Positions 1 through 9,415 of a DNA stretch of 64,000 bases are shown here, one piece after another (the first letter of the stretch is position 1; every line of letters begins with the position of its first letter). Origin of the DNA: Verrucomicrobiota bacterium (GTDB lineage Bacteria; Verrucomicrobiota; Verrucomicrobiia; Verrucomicrobiales; Akkermansiaceae). The translations under genes were made by a program, and so were the position numbers. The notes beneath the pieces are model-generated. The model made no database searches. It was not told the DNA's origin and was given only the letters and a program-made list of their open reading frames with translations. Location of the stretch: the NCBI GenBank assembly GCA_030835305.1, contig JAURPJ010000032.1:29368-93367 (forward strand), in the 5' to 3' direction.

Positions 1-849
1 GGCGATGCCAGGCTGGTTTTGATAAGCGTAGCGGCCCTGCTGATCGATGTAGCTGAATTTCCGGGCGGGATCAAAGTGGTCCATGAAAGCGCAGGGACCG
101 TAGTCAATGGTTTCGCCGGAGAGGCTCATGTTGTCGGTGTTCATGACACCGTGGATGAAGCCCACGCCCATCCACTTCGCAACGAGTTCCGCTTGGCGGG
201 TGATGACCTTTTGAAGAAGTCCGAGGGCACTGGTAGTCCCGGGGTAGTGGCGACGATTGGCGTATTCGACCAAGGCCTTCAGGCTCTCAAGATCACGGCG
301 TGCGGCAAAGAACTGCGCGGTGCCAATGCGGAGATGCGAACTGGCGACGCGGGTGAAGATACCTCCTTTTTCGGGAGCCTCGCGGAGGACCAACTCCCCG
401 CTGGCAACGGCGGCAAGGGCGCGGGTGGTGGGGATGCCCATCGCGTGCATCGCTTCCGAGACAAGATATTCGCGGAGGACGGGACCAAGAGCGGCTCGGC
501 CATCGCCCCGGCGGGAAAAGGGCGTGGGTCCGGCTCCTTTGAGCTGAATGTCCTTGCCGCCGATCTCGCCGAGTAGGATGGCGCGGCCGTCACCGAGTTG
601 CGGAGAGAAGCCGCCGAATTGGTGGCCGGCGTAGGCCATCGCGAGAGGTTCGGCTCCTTCGGGAATGGCATTACCTGCAAGGATGGCGAGGCCTTCTTTA
701 CTGCGAAGAAACTCTGGATCGACTCCGAGTTTTTGCGCCAATTCTTCATTCAGTACAATAAGAGAAGGCTGAATGACGGGGGTGGGCTGAGCTTTTTCAA
801 AGAAGCTTCCGGGCAGGCGTGCCCAGGTGTTTTGGAAAGGGAGAACCAT
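1..849 (-). CDS. selO: Protein adenylyltransferase SelO/YdiU (UPF0061), first 283 codons; 3' end lies beyond the window start
   Basis: Not in the ORF track because the frame runs off the edge. My reverse translation from ATG 849-847 reads [122 protein letters not shown], the SelO signature. Track ORFs 19..576(+) and 279..749(-) are off-frame shadows. Confidence 0.85.
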   Translation of the reverse strand, partial: MVLPFQNTWARLPGSFFEKAQPTPVIQPSLIVLNEELAQKLGVDPEFLRSKEGLAILAGNAIPEGAEPLAMAYAGHQFGGFSPQLGDGRAILLGEIGGKDIQLKGAGPTPFSRRGDGRAALGPVLREYLVSEAMHAMGIPTTRALAAVASGELVLREAPEKGGIFTRVASSHLRIGTAQFFAARRDLESLKALVEYANRRHYPGTTSALGLLQKVITRQAELVAKWMGVGFIHGVMNTDNMSLSGETIDYGPCAFMDHFDPARKFSYIDQQGRYAYQNQPGIA

Positions 850-931
850 CGGTTTGGAGCTTAGAGTGGAATTCCGAAGGTGCGACTCTGTATTCGATTG
901 AAACGTGACAAGATGGTCATTGTGTCAAATC

Positions 932-1168
932 CTACCTGATGAAGTTCGACCAGGTGTTGAGGAATGAAGATTCGGACCAGGGTCCTGAGCTAGGCTTTGG
1001 TCGGGGATCAGCACAATTGACTCGTGTGACAATGATTTGCAAGCTTGAGAGGCGAGTCTTGTCATTGGCGAAAAAGCGCGCGAGCCACAGCTTGATCAAG
1101 ATGTTAACAAACAGAATGAAGATTGCAGGGGTGAAGAAGGTCGAAGTGAAAATATATTTGTTCCTCAT
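932..1168 (-). CDS. Hypothetical small membrane protein (78 aa)
   Basis: Track ORF. Hydrophobic segment FFTPAIFILFVNILIKLWLARFF. No family recognised. Lies in the ~410-bp gap between selO and the sulfatase. Confidence 0.2.
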   Translation of the reverse strand: MRNKYIFTSTFFTPAIFILFVNILIKLWLARFFANDKTRLSSLQIIVTRVNCADPRPKPSSGPWSESSFLNTWSNFIR

Positions 1169-1263
1169 GCAGTCGGTTTAGGCTGCACCTACCTCCATCC
1201 GGGAACAGGCAGGATCGCGACGGTGAGGATGATGCGAAGGAGATTGAGGAGTATCGCGGGGGA

Positions 1264-2805
1264 TTAATCTTTGGCTCGCAACGCACCCCACCAGCTATTG
1301 TTGGGTTTGTAGTCGGGTTGGAGGAAGTTGGCGTGCTGTTTTTCAAGCTGGGCCTTTTTCCTGGTATGAAGGGATTCGATCTGCTGTTCCTTTTTCTCTG
1401 CATCAAAGCGGGGGTCGGGCTTGGGGATTTTGGCACCGACTTCAGTGAGGTGAGCCGAGAGTTCAGCCGAGAGTTTTTTGACAAGGGCGGCATTTTCGGG
1501 TGCTAGATCCTTGGTTTCGCCAATATCAGTTTTGATGTTATAGAGTTCTTCATGACCGTCTTCGTAGTAGCGGATGAGTTTGTGGTCGCCATCGCGAATG
1601 ATGCCGGAGGGTTCACCGCCCTGATTTCCGTAGTGCGGGTAGTGCCAGTAAAGAACGCGTTCGGAGTGGCCTCCTTTTAGTGCGTGAACAAGCGAGATGC
1701 CATCGACGTGGTGGGTCGGAAGTTTTTCGAGTCCGGCAAGTTCGAGGAGGGTGGGATAGAAGTCGGTTCCGGTGGCAAATTGGCTGGAAGCTGAACCGGG
1801 TTTAGTGACGCCGGGGGCCACGATGTAGTAGGGCTGGCGGATGCCGCCCTCCCATTGACGCCCTTTCCCGCCACGGAGTGGGAGGCAAGAGGTGGCGAAA
1901 GCATCGCCCGAGGAAACGCCGCCATTGTCGGAAGTGAAAATGACAATGGTATTGTTAGCGAGGCCGAGTTCCTTAATCTTGTTCATGACAAGGCCGACGG
2001 CGTCATCCATGGACTCCATCATGCCGCCATATACCGGGCAGTCCTGAACTTTGCGGACCGGGAGGGTGCGGTCATTTTTGAAGCGCTCTTTGACCAGTCC
2101 GGCGGTGGTCGCTTTTTTGCGATACTTCTCCCAAAGATCAGGGGAGGTTTGGATGGGACCGTGAACCGAGTAGAAGGAAAGGAAGGCGAAGAACGGTTTC
2201 TTGGATTTTTGTTGGCTGATAAAGTTGTTGGTTTCCTTTGCTAGGCGGATGGGCAGGACTTCGCCGGCGGGGCCGTCATCAAGCTTGGGGTTGTTGAAGG
2301 GGGAGAAGTATCCACCGCGGGGGGAGCCGGAATGGTAGCCGCCTTTGTTGATTTCGAAGCCGTGGTCCTCGGGGCCCGACCCTTTGCCGCCGAGGTGCCA
2401 TTTTCCGGCGAAGAAAGTACGATAGCCACCTGACCTGAGTGCCTCGGCGACGGTGGTAATTTTTGCTGGGAGCTGGGCGCCGTTCTCGGGTGGAAGAATC
2501 CGGTCGTTGCGTTTCCAGTTCGTTCCGGTGGCTGCTCCGATCCAGTCGGTAATTCCGATGCGGGCGGGGTATTGGCCGCTCATGATGGAGGCCCGTGAAG
2601 GAGAGCACACCTGGCAGGTCGAGTAGCCATTGGTGAAGCGCATGCCGCTCTTGGCGATGGCGTCGATGTTTGGCGTCTCGTGGAAGGTGGAGCCTTCGCA
2701 GGAGAGATCTTTGATGCCGAGATCATCGGCAAGGATGAAGAGGATGTTGGGCTTGTCCGCCGCGGGGATGGGAAGCGCAAAGACTAGGAAAAGCAATATT
2801 CGCAT
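1264..2805 (-). CDS. Secreted Cys-type sulfatase (arylsulfatase A family)
   Basis: 513-aa ORF. Signal peptide MRILLFLVFALPIPAA. PNILFILADDLG. Formylglycine motif CxPxR in QVCSPSRASIMSG. GKWHLGG. Confidence 0.9.
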   Translation of the reverse strand: MRILLFLVFALPIPAADKPNILFILADDLGIKDLSCEGSTFHETPNIDAIAKSGMRFTNGYSTCQVCSPSRASIMSGQYPARIGITDWIGAATGTNWKRNDRILPPENGAQLPAKITTVAEALRSGGYRTFFAGKWHLGGKGSGPEDHGFEINKGGYHSGSPRGGYFSPFNNPKLDDGPAGEVLPIRLAKETNNFISQQKSKKPFFAFLSFYSVHGPIQTSPDLWEKYRKKATTAGLVKERFKNDRTLPVRKVQDCPVYGGMMESMDDAVGLVMNKIKELGLANNTIVIFTSDNGGVSSGDAFATSCLPLRGGKGRQWEGGIRQPYYIVAPGVTKPGSASSQFATGTDFYPTLLELAGLEKLPTHHVDGISLVHALKGGHSERVLYWHYPHYGNQGGEPSGIIRDGDHKLIRYYEDGHEELYNIKTDIGETKDLAPENAALVKKLSAELSAHLTEVGAKIPKPDPRFDAEKKEQQIESLHTRKKAQLEKQHANFLQPDYKPNNSWWGALRAKD

Positions 2806-2827
2806 GGCGGAGATTTGAGGGTGGCGA

Positions 2828-2864
2828 AGTGGGAAGCAAGTGGGAAAGTGGGAAAGTGGGGAAA
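2828..2864. repeat. Tandem octamer repeat AGTGGGAA-like x4 (TTCCCACT on the gene strand), 22 nt upstream of the sulfatase ATG
   Basis: Direct reading: AGTGGGAAGCA AGTGGGAA AGTGGGAA AGTGGGGAA. Confidence 0.6.
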
Positions 2865-3044
2865 GGGGTTTTGAGGATGCGAGATTGGTGCCGACGATTT
2901 CAATGTCGGGGCCGTTCGACCAAGATGGTTACGATGTTTTTCAGCGGAAAGGTAGAGGTGTCCGCTGGCTGGGACAGGCGAGGCTGCAAATCTGAGAACT
3001 CGGAACTTGTTGGCCGGGCCTGCCAATCCCTCAAAGGTCTTCTT

Positions 3045-3413
3045 TTACCTGCGGGCTGATTCGTATTGATGAAGCACTTCCGCTTGGGAGAGCGCACGAT
3101 TCCGCGTCGCCAGTTCATCGAGCCGGTCCTTAAACGGGGTCATTCCTGCCAATCGCAGATCTGATTTCGTTTTGCCAAAGCGAACAAAGCGTTCGGTCAA
3201 TCCAATGCCGCCGGCCGTGTGGATACCGGCGGGTTGGTGGCAGCACCTGCCGATGCGGGCGTGGAGTATTTTGACGACGTCACGGCAGCGGTTGGGGCAG
3301 TATTTGATTCGAAAAATAACTTCGTTTCGCTGTCCGCTGTGGGGGAGCTTTTGGTCCTGAGTTTGGACTGATCCGGAGCTTGAGGAATGATCATGCCGTG
3401 ACTGATCTGACGA
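3045..3413 (-). pseudogene. Possible remnant of the C-terminus of a LamG/concanavalin-like domain protein
   Basis: The open minus-strand frame has no plausible start. It ends ..FGKTKSDLRLAGMTPFKDRLDELATRNRALSQAEVLHQYESARR*, resembling the LamG tail pattern F.G.iDE.ri.nrALsaaEi..ly. Only a 32-codon piece follows an ATG (3143). Confidence 0.25.
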
Positions 3414-3470
3414 TCACTAAACGTGCTCGCGGTGGCGCGAATCCTTTCGAAGACTGGTCGCCTGGCGGAA

Positions 3471-4754
3471 TTACTTTTGCTCGACCCGATAGACGTGCGA
3501 CTTCGTGCGGAGGTAGAGAGCTTTGCCATCGAGGGCGGGGGAAGACATGAAACCATCGTCGAGTTTACTGGTGGCGATGATCTTCATGTCGGGTCCGGGT
3601 TGGACGGTGAAGGTGCTTCCCTCTTCGCTGCTGAAGTAGAGATGGCCATCGGCGTATACGCCGGAGGCGGAGAAGGGTTCTTTGAGGGCCAGGTAGGTTT
3701 CGATTTCTCCGTTGGTAGCATCGACTTGGCTTAGGATTCCACTTTCGCTGACAAGGTAGATTTTTTTGCCAATGACGACGGGCGAGGAGCGGGCAGGCAT
3801 GCGCTTAAAGATGTCCCACTCGATGTGGCTGGCGGTGACGTCGCCGGCAAGTTTGTCATCGAGTCGCAGACCAAGAACGTGGGCCTTGCCAAGGCCGGTG
3901 TTGATGATGGCCATCTCGTTACCAATGAAGACGGGCGCGGCAGCATTGGAAAAGCCTTTGTAAGTGATCTTCCAAAGTTCCTTTCCGGTGTCGGCATTGT
4001 AGCCGTAGCAGGCTTTGGCTCCCGGAGAGACGAGTTGGCGGACGCCGTTGAGGGTGACGAAGTTGGGCGTGGTGTAGGCTTTACGAAAGTCACCACTGCC
4101 ACGGATTTTGCCATCGGCTTCTACGTCGCCGAAGTCGGTGGTGCGGTCGGTCTTCCAGACGTTCTTTCCGGTCTTGCGGTCGAGGGCGACGAGGTATTGC
4201 ACGTCGACACCGTCCATTGAGAGAATGACGAGGTGCTTGTGGAGGACGACGGACGACCCGGGGCCGCGGAAGTGCTGGCAGGGGAGATCACGGCGTTCCC
4301 AGACTTTCTTGCCGGTTTTGCGATCAAGAGCTGCCGTTCCGTAGCTGCCAAAGTGAATGTAGACGTGGTCGGCATCGATGGCGGGAGAGCAGGAACCGTA
4401 TCCGTTGACGTGGTTACTGAGCGGTTCGGGATCGGCGTTCTCGAAGAGAAGGAGGTCGTGAATTTTATTGCCGGTGGTTTTATTGAGGCAAACAGCGTAC
4501 ATCTTTTTCCCGTCGGGTGTGGCGTTGGTGACCCAGACCTCGTTGTCCATGACGACGGGAGTGGACCAGGCGCGGCCGGTGACGGGTGTTTTCCAAACGA
4601 TGTTCTTGGTTTCGCTCCATTCGGTGGGAAAGCCGTGGAGTTTGCCGTCCCTACGTGAGGGATAGATACCATCGTTATCCGGTCCGCGGAAGGCAGGCCA
4701 GTCGGCAAGCGCGGTTGTGATGAGGGAGAGCGGGAGAAGAAATCTGAAAACCAT
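3471..4754 (-). CDS. Secreted PQQ-like (BamB-type) beta-propeller repeat protein
   Basis: Track ORF 3471..4880. Start moved to ATG 4754 (MVFRFLLPLSLITTALADWPAFRGP, signal peptide). Repeated W-x-beta-strand propeller blades (VWKTPV, VWERRD, NVWKTD, ELWKITY). Confidence 0.8.
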   Translation of the reverse strand: MVFRFLLPLSLITTALADWPAFRGPDNDGIYPSRRDGKLHGFPTEWSETKNIVWKTPVTGRAWSTPVVMDNEVWVTNATPDGKKMYAVCLNKTTGNKIHDLLLFENADPEPLSNHVNGYGSCSPAIDADHVYIHFGSYGTAALDRKTGKKVWERRDLPCQHFRGPGSSVVLHKHLVILSMDGVDVQYLVALDRKTGKNVWKTDRTTDFGDVEADGKIRGSGDFRKAYTTPNFVTLNGVRQLVSPGAKACYGYNADTGKELWKITYKGFSNAAAPVFIGNEMAIINTGLGKAHVLGLRLDDKLAGDVTASHIEWDIFKRMPARSSPVVIGKKIYLVSESGILSQVDATNGEIETYLALKEPFSASGVYADGHLYFSSEEGSTFTVQPGPDMKIIATSKLDDGFMSSPALDGKALYLRTKSHVYRVEQK

Positions 4755-4829
4755 CTTTAAGTAGTCTGTCAGTTGGGGAAGGGGCATCAAGAGGGAATTT
4801 TTCCCGAGGCTGGGGAGTCGCCGTCGTTC

Positions 4830-4853
4830 TTTCATCGAAAAGCTTCGATGAAA
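4830..4853. promoter_or_regulatory. Perfect 10-bp inverted repeat TTTCATCGAA-N4-TTCGATGAAA in a divergent intergenic region
   Basis: Read directly. Lies between the propeller gene start (4754, minus) and the plus-strand disrupted gene. Confidence 0.4.
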
Positions 4854-5680
4854 AAACGCTCTCCCCTTCCAATACTGCAAATAACCTTAATTGGTTTGCC
4901 GATGGTCTGGGTGATCCCGGCAGTATGTCCGCGCTCAATGCCGCCGACGCGCCCCAGGCGATATTTAACGGAGGAGATACCTCAAATATTTGCGCTCCCG
5001 GGATCAAGACCGGAAATGGAAATACTTTTTTGACAACCTTTGTCAGCCTGACTGTTCTTCCCGGCGCTTCCGTGACTTTGACCGATATCACTTTCGACAA
5101 CTGGTCAATCAGCGGAGGGCAGGTTCAGAATGTGAATCGACGCAGTGATTGATCCATCGGGTGCGACCGTGGCGTCGGTGGATGTGGTTGATTGCCTGTC
5201 CGGAACGGCAGCAGGAGTTTCGAATGTGACGGCGACTTTCGAGGCTCCCGTGCCATTGTCCGAACCGGGAACCTACACTCTCGGAATCAAAGGAGGCGAT
5301 TTCCTTGGTGCTAATGAGGCTGGCAATCACACTGCGATTGATCATTTGTCGACCAACGGGGAAGTTGGCGGAGAAGTGGGTCTGCAGGTCACGGAGATCG
5401 TTTTTAACCCGGTAGCCGACACTCTTACTCTGACCTGGAATTCCTCTCCCGGTCAGGTTTGCGCCGTGAAGTATTCGACTGACCTCGAGGATTGGGACGC
5501 AGACCTGGATGATGGAATTGACGCTGACGATGGTACTACGACGCTCGTTGAATTTGATCTCAGCGAAGCCGGACTACAGGATCTTGCCAAGGGCTTTCTT
5601 CCGGGTTGAAGTTCAAACCGGAGGTCAAGGCCTTCTTGAGGCTTGGAATGGGTGGATGCTTTTTCTAGAGTATCCGTCAT
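4848..5680 (+). pseudogene. Frame-disrupted secreted protein with a C-terminal beta-sandwich domain of the W..S..G..Y.V.YS.DL..W ... FFRV type
   Basis: Four pieces in three frames: a signal-peptide-like MKKRSPLPILQITLIGLPMVWVIPAV (frame of 4773..5033), a body (4925..5152), LTLTWNSSPGQVCAVKYSTDLEDWDADL.. (5145..5609), and the expected family terminus AFFRVEV, which appears only in the +1 frame after 5593. Confidence 0.4.
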
Positions 5681-6359
5681 GAAAGCTATTGCCTTCCTCC
5701 TGCTGACTCTTCCTCTCGCTGCCGACCATCACAAGGCCAACGAGCTCACCGCTGCCGAAAAAGAGGCAGGTTGGACCCTCTTGTTTGATGGAAAGTCGAC
5801 GGAGCATTTTCGGAATTACAAGAAGGAGACGGTGTCTCCGAAATGGGTGGTGAAGGACGGAGAGCTCACGCTTACCGGTCGGGGTGGTGGAGATATTATC
5901 ACGAAGAAGCAGTATGACTCCTTCGAGTTTACGGTGGATTACAAGATCTCAAAAGGTGGTAACTCCGGGTTGATGTTTCACGTGAAGGAAACAGAGAGCA
6001 CTCCATGGCGCACTGGTCCGGAAATTCAAATCCAGGACAATGTCGATGGGCACGACCCTCAGAAAGCGGGATGGCTTTATCAACTTTACCAGCCGGCCAA
6101 GGGTGTCGATGCTACCAAGCCCGCTGGTGAGTGGAATACCCTGAAGATTCTCATCACGCCCGGGAAATGTGTGCAGTGGATGAACGGAACGAAATACGTC
6201 GAGTATGTCAAAGGCTCGGAAGATTGGGACAAGAGGGTGGCCGCTTCGAAGTTTAGTAAGTTTAAAAATTTCGGAAAAGCAACGAAGGGTCATCTATGTC
6301 TGCAGGATCACGGGAACGTGGTTTCCTTCCGGAATATTAAGATCCGGGAGGTGAACTAG
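5679..6359 (+). CDS. DUF1080 / 3-keto-disaccharide hydrolase-like secreted protein
   Basis: Start moved to ATG 5679 (MKAIAFLLLTLPLAA). WTLLFDGKSTEHFRNY, GGNSGLMFHV, EIQIQDN, HLCLQDHGNVVSFRNIKIREV. Confidence 0.85.
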   Translation: MKAIAFLLLTLPLAADHHKANELTAAEKEAGWTLLFDGKSTEHFRNYKKETVSPKWVVKDGELTLTGRGGGDIITKKQYDSFEFTVDYKISKGGNSGLMFHVKETESTPWRTGPEIQIQDNVDGHDPQKAGWLYQLYQPAKGVDATKPAGEWNTLKILITPGKCVQWMNGTKYVEYVKGSEDWDKRVAASKFSKFKNFGKATKGHLCLQDHGNVVSFRNIKIREVN

Positions 6360-6692
6360 TCATGTGAATTTACATCGGGTTCATGAGCGAAGGACCTCCA
6401 ATATTTTCAAAAAGGACCAAGCTGACCAGATCTCCACTTGGGCACTTTGCCGTTCCCGCCCCGACTCGATACCAATCGGTCGGGAGAAGGTTTCTCTCGC
6501 GACCGCCTTTCTTCCATTAGCCGGGAAAGCTGTTTCCGGTTTCGGGTGCGCGGTCTTTTGAGGAGTCTGTATGAACTATTGCCCGGCTATCTCCGGCACG
6601 ATCGCGTATCGCTGGGAGATTGGGGTTTGGCGAACCGCTGCAAGAGATGAGAAAAAAAGCGCCGAGTGCAAAAAAGAAATTGTGAGAGGATT

Positions 6693-8084
6693 TTAGTTCT
6701 TCAACCAGGGTTGACGCTGGTTTTCAGTGATCTCGGCGTCGAGTTCTTGCATGCGAATGCCGAGTTTGGCGACGATTTCAGGGTGCTCTTCGGCGAGGTT
6801 GTTTTTCTCGCCGAGGTCGGCTTTGAGGTCGAAGAGCATGATGTTTGCACGATCCGCGGGTTGGTTTTTTTGGCGACGGTTCTTTTTAATGAGGAGCTTG
6901 TATTTGCCCTGCCGAAGGCCTTCGAGATCGCCGCGCGAGGTGTAATAAATGAATTCGTTGCGCGGCGATTTGTTGCCACCGGCAAGGAGGTCGGAGATGT
7001 CGAGACCATCGATTTTCTTGTCTTTTGGAAGAGGGGTTTTGGTAAGGGCGGCGATGGTGGGAAGGAGGTCGATGGTGCCGCAGAGTTGGTCGCAGGTGGT
7101 GTCGGCAGGGATGCGGCCGGGAGCCCACATGACACAGGGGACACGTTGGCCACCTTCGAAGGTGGTGCCTTTGCCCTCGCGAAGAGACCCCGCTGATCCC
7201 CCGTGATGTTTGAATTGAAGCCACGGTCCGTTGTCGGTGGTGAAGATAAGGTAGGTGTTTTGATCGAGCTTCAATTCACGAAGGAGTTCTGCGATGCGTC
7301 CAACTTCGGCGTCGATATGCTCGATGACATTGGTATAGGCGTTGAGGGGATTCGGGTCGCGGATTTCATCCGGCACGTAGAGTGGGATGTGCGGCATGGA
7401 GTGGGGGAGGTAGAGGAAGAAGGGCTTGTCCTTGTTGGCTTTGATGAAATCGATGGACCGGTCGGTGTAGCGTCGGGTGACGGTGCGCTGGTCGACTGGG
7501 AGTTCGACGATTTTCTCGTTCTCCATGAGGGGTGTTTTCCACTTGGTGAGAGTGGATTCGGGGTCTTTCCAAAGTGCGTCCATGCCTACCCGGCCTCCTT
7601 TGGGTTTCCCCTTGTTGTCGGGGTGATTCATGTCGTTTGAGTAGGGGATGCCGAGGTAGGAGTCGAAGCCGTTGCTGGTGGGAAGGGTTTCGGGATGGTG
7701 GCCGAGGTGCCATTTGCCAAAGCAGGCGGTAGCGTAGCCCTGGCCCTTGAGGTGATCGGCGATGGTGTGCTCTTCGGGGTTGAGTCCTTTTGTCGAGGAG
7801 GGAAAGAGGACGTGTTGGTGCATGCTGACGCGCTTGGGATAGCAACCGGTGAGAAGGGCGGCGCGTGAGGGGGAGCAGACGGGGGAGGCGACCATGAAGT
7901 TGGTAAACTTGCGGCCTTCCTTGGCGAGGCGGTCGATGTTGGGGGTTTTGATTTTGGTGGAGCCGAAGCAGCCAAGATCACCGTAGCCCTGGTCGTCGGT
8001 GAAGATGACGATGAAGTTTGGTTGATCGGCAGCGCGGCCGATGAGCGAGGTGATCGCGAAGGTGAAGAGCAGGAGTTTGTTCAT
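6693..8084 (-). CDS. Secreted Cys-type sulfatase
   Basis: 463-aa ORF. Signal peptide. PNFIVIFTDDQGYGDLG. CxPxR in PVCSPSRAALLTG. GKWHLGH. Confidence 0.9.
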   Translation of the reverse strand: MNKLLLFTFAITSLIGRAADQPNFIVIFTDDQGYGDLGCFGSTKIKTPNIDRLAKEGRKFTNFMVASPVCSPSRAALLTGCYPKRVSMHQHVLFPSSTKGLNPEEHTIADHLKGQGYATACFGKWHLGHHPETLPTSNGFDSYLGIPYSNDMNHPDNKGKPKGGRVGMDALWKDPESTLTKWKTPLMENEKIVELPVDQRTVTRRYTDRSIDFIKANKDKPFFLYLPHSMPHIPLYVPDEIRDPNPLNAYTNVIEHIDAEVGRIAELLRELKLDQNTYLIFTTDNGPWLQFKHHGGSAGSLREGKGTTFEGGQRVPCVMWAPGRIPADTTCDQLCGTIDLLPTIAALTKTPLPKDKKIDGLDISDLLAGGNKSPRNEFIYYTSRGDLEGLRQGKYKLLIKKNRRQKNQPADRANIMLFDLKADLGEKNNLAEEHPEIVAKLGIRMQELDAEITENQRQPWLKN

Positions 8085-8109
8085 GAAGTCTGGTGGGTTG
8101 GGGATGAGG

Positions 8110-9318
8110 TTAGAAGCGTTCTCCGGGGCCGGTATTCCAGAGGAGGTGCATTTCCTCGAGGGTGGGATTCCTGGCGGGGCGGATGACGCGGAAGCCGAGG
8201 CCCCAGTTGTCGGTGTGATACCAAATCGATTTTGGATCCTGCGGGTCGGTGTTCTTCCAGCTTTTGTCGGAAGGAAGCCGCTGGCCGGAGCGAAGTTCCT
8301 GTGGGTCGGAATCCCAGTGGCCGCCGCGGGTCACGCGTGGGTAGCGCTTGGGCGAGAGGGCGAAGGGATTGGCGGAGCCTTCGGGGTGTTTGCTGTAGTC
8401 GGGAAGGTAGGCATCGAGGGTCCACTCGGTGACGTTGCCGTGCATGTCGAAGAGTCCCCAGGGGTTGGGCTTTTTGGTGCCGACGGGCTGATAGGAGCCA
8501 TCGGAGTTTTCAAAATACCAACCGTACTCGTCGAGCTTGGAGGCGTCGTCGCCAAAGGAATAAGCTGTGGTGGTGCCGGCGCGGCAGGCGTATTCCCACT
8601 CGGCTTCGGTGGGGAGACGGTAATAGTGGCCGGTTTGGGCGGTGAGCCATTCGCAAAATTTTGAGGCGGAGTGTTGGGTGGCGGCGACGGCTGGATATTT
8701 GCTATCGTAGCCGGCGTTGTCTCCCATGCTGTTGTGCATGGGCATGTAGGGAGGGGTGGGCTGGGAAATGGCGTCGACCAGGTCGGGGTTGCTCTGCAGG
8801 GGGGCTTCGGGCGAAAGCTTGTTTCCATCGAGGTCCAGTGTGCCATCCTTGTTGCGGTTTTTGCCATTCTCCATGAAGGCCCGGTAGAGTCCCCATGTGG
8901 TCTCGGTGGAAGCCATCCAGAAGGGCTCGATTTTGATCTTCTTTTGCGGGCCTTCGTCTGCAGAGCGGTCCGCTTCGCTATCCGGAGTTCCGAGGGTGAA
9001 TTCACCACCGGGGATGGGGAGCATTTCGAAGGTGGCATTGTCTGCTCCGGGGACGTTTTCAGTGTAAGGTTCGAGGTCACCCTCGGGAACGGGCTTGAGC
9101 TTGGCAAAGATTTTCTCGGAGACGGGAAGAAACTTGGCTGCGTTGTCCGGCATGTCACCCGGGATGATGTTCAAACCATCCGTGCTGATCTTCGGAGCCT
9201 CGGGCTTTGGTTCGGGTCTTTCCTCCGGAAGGAAGGTGTAGAGTTCGCGGTCGCAGCAGGATCCGAGAAGAGCGCAGCATGAAATGGTGATGATTTGAAG
9301 AGGTCGCGGACGAGTCAT
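8110..9318 (-). CDS. SUMF1/FGE-sulfatase-fold family lipoprotein (FGE paralog lacking the catalytic Cys pair)
   Basis: WEYACRAGTTTAYSFGDD, GLFDMHGNVTEWTLD, RVTRGGHWDS, GFRVIRP. Lipoprotein-like LLGSCC. ATG 9318 preferred over the GTG at 9336 used by the track. Confidence 0.8.
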   Translation of the reverse strand: MTRPRPLQIITISCCALLGSCCDRELYTFLPEERPEPKPEAPKISTDGLNIIPGDMPDNAAKFLPVSEKIFAKLKPVPEGDLEPYTENVPGADNATFEMLPIPGGEFTLGTPDSEADRSADEGPQKKIKIEPFWMASTETTWGLYRAFMENGKNRNKDGTLDLDGNKLSPEAPLQSNPDLVDAISQPTPPYMPMHNSMGDNAGYDSKYPAVAATQHSASKFCEWLTAQTGHYYRLPTEAEWEYACRAGTTTAYSFGDDASKLDEYGWYFENSDGSYQPVGTKKPNPWGLFDMHGNVTEWTLDAYLPDYSKHPEGSANPFALSPKRYPRVTRGGHWDSDPQELRSGQRLPSDKSWKNTDPQDPKSIWYHTDNWGLGFRVIRPARNPTLEEMHLLWNTGPGERF

Positions 9319-9415
9319 GGTAAGGTCTTGTGACACCGCTACTTAACCCGACCGCTGGATCTATCAAGCCTTCTTGGTTGACGGTTTCCGGAAATCAGTC
9401 AGTCTCCTCTCTCCT

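Noticed and set aside
19-749. Track ORFs 19..576(+), 257..547(+) and 279..749(-) at the left edge.
   Set aside because: They overlap a much better minus-strand frame (selO, 1..849) that the track omits because it runs off the window. Their translations are Arg/Ala/Pro-rich, typical of off-frame shadows in GC-rich coding DNA.
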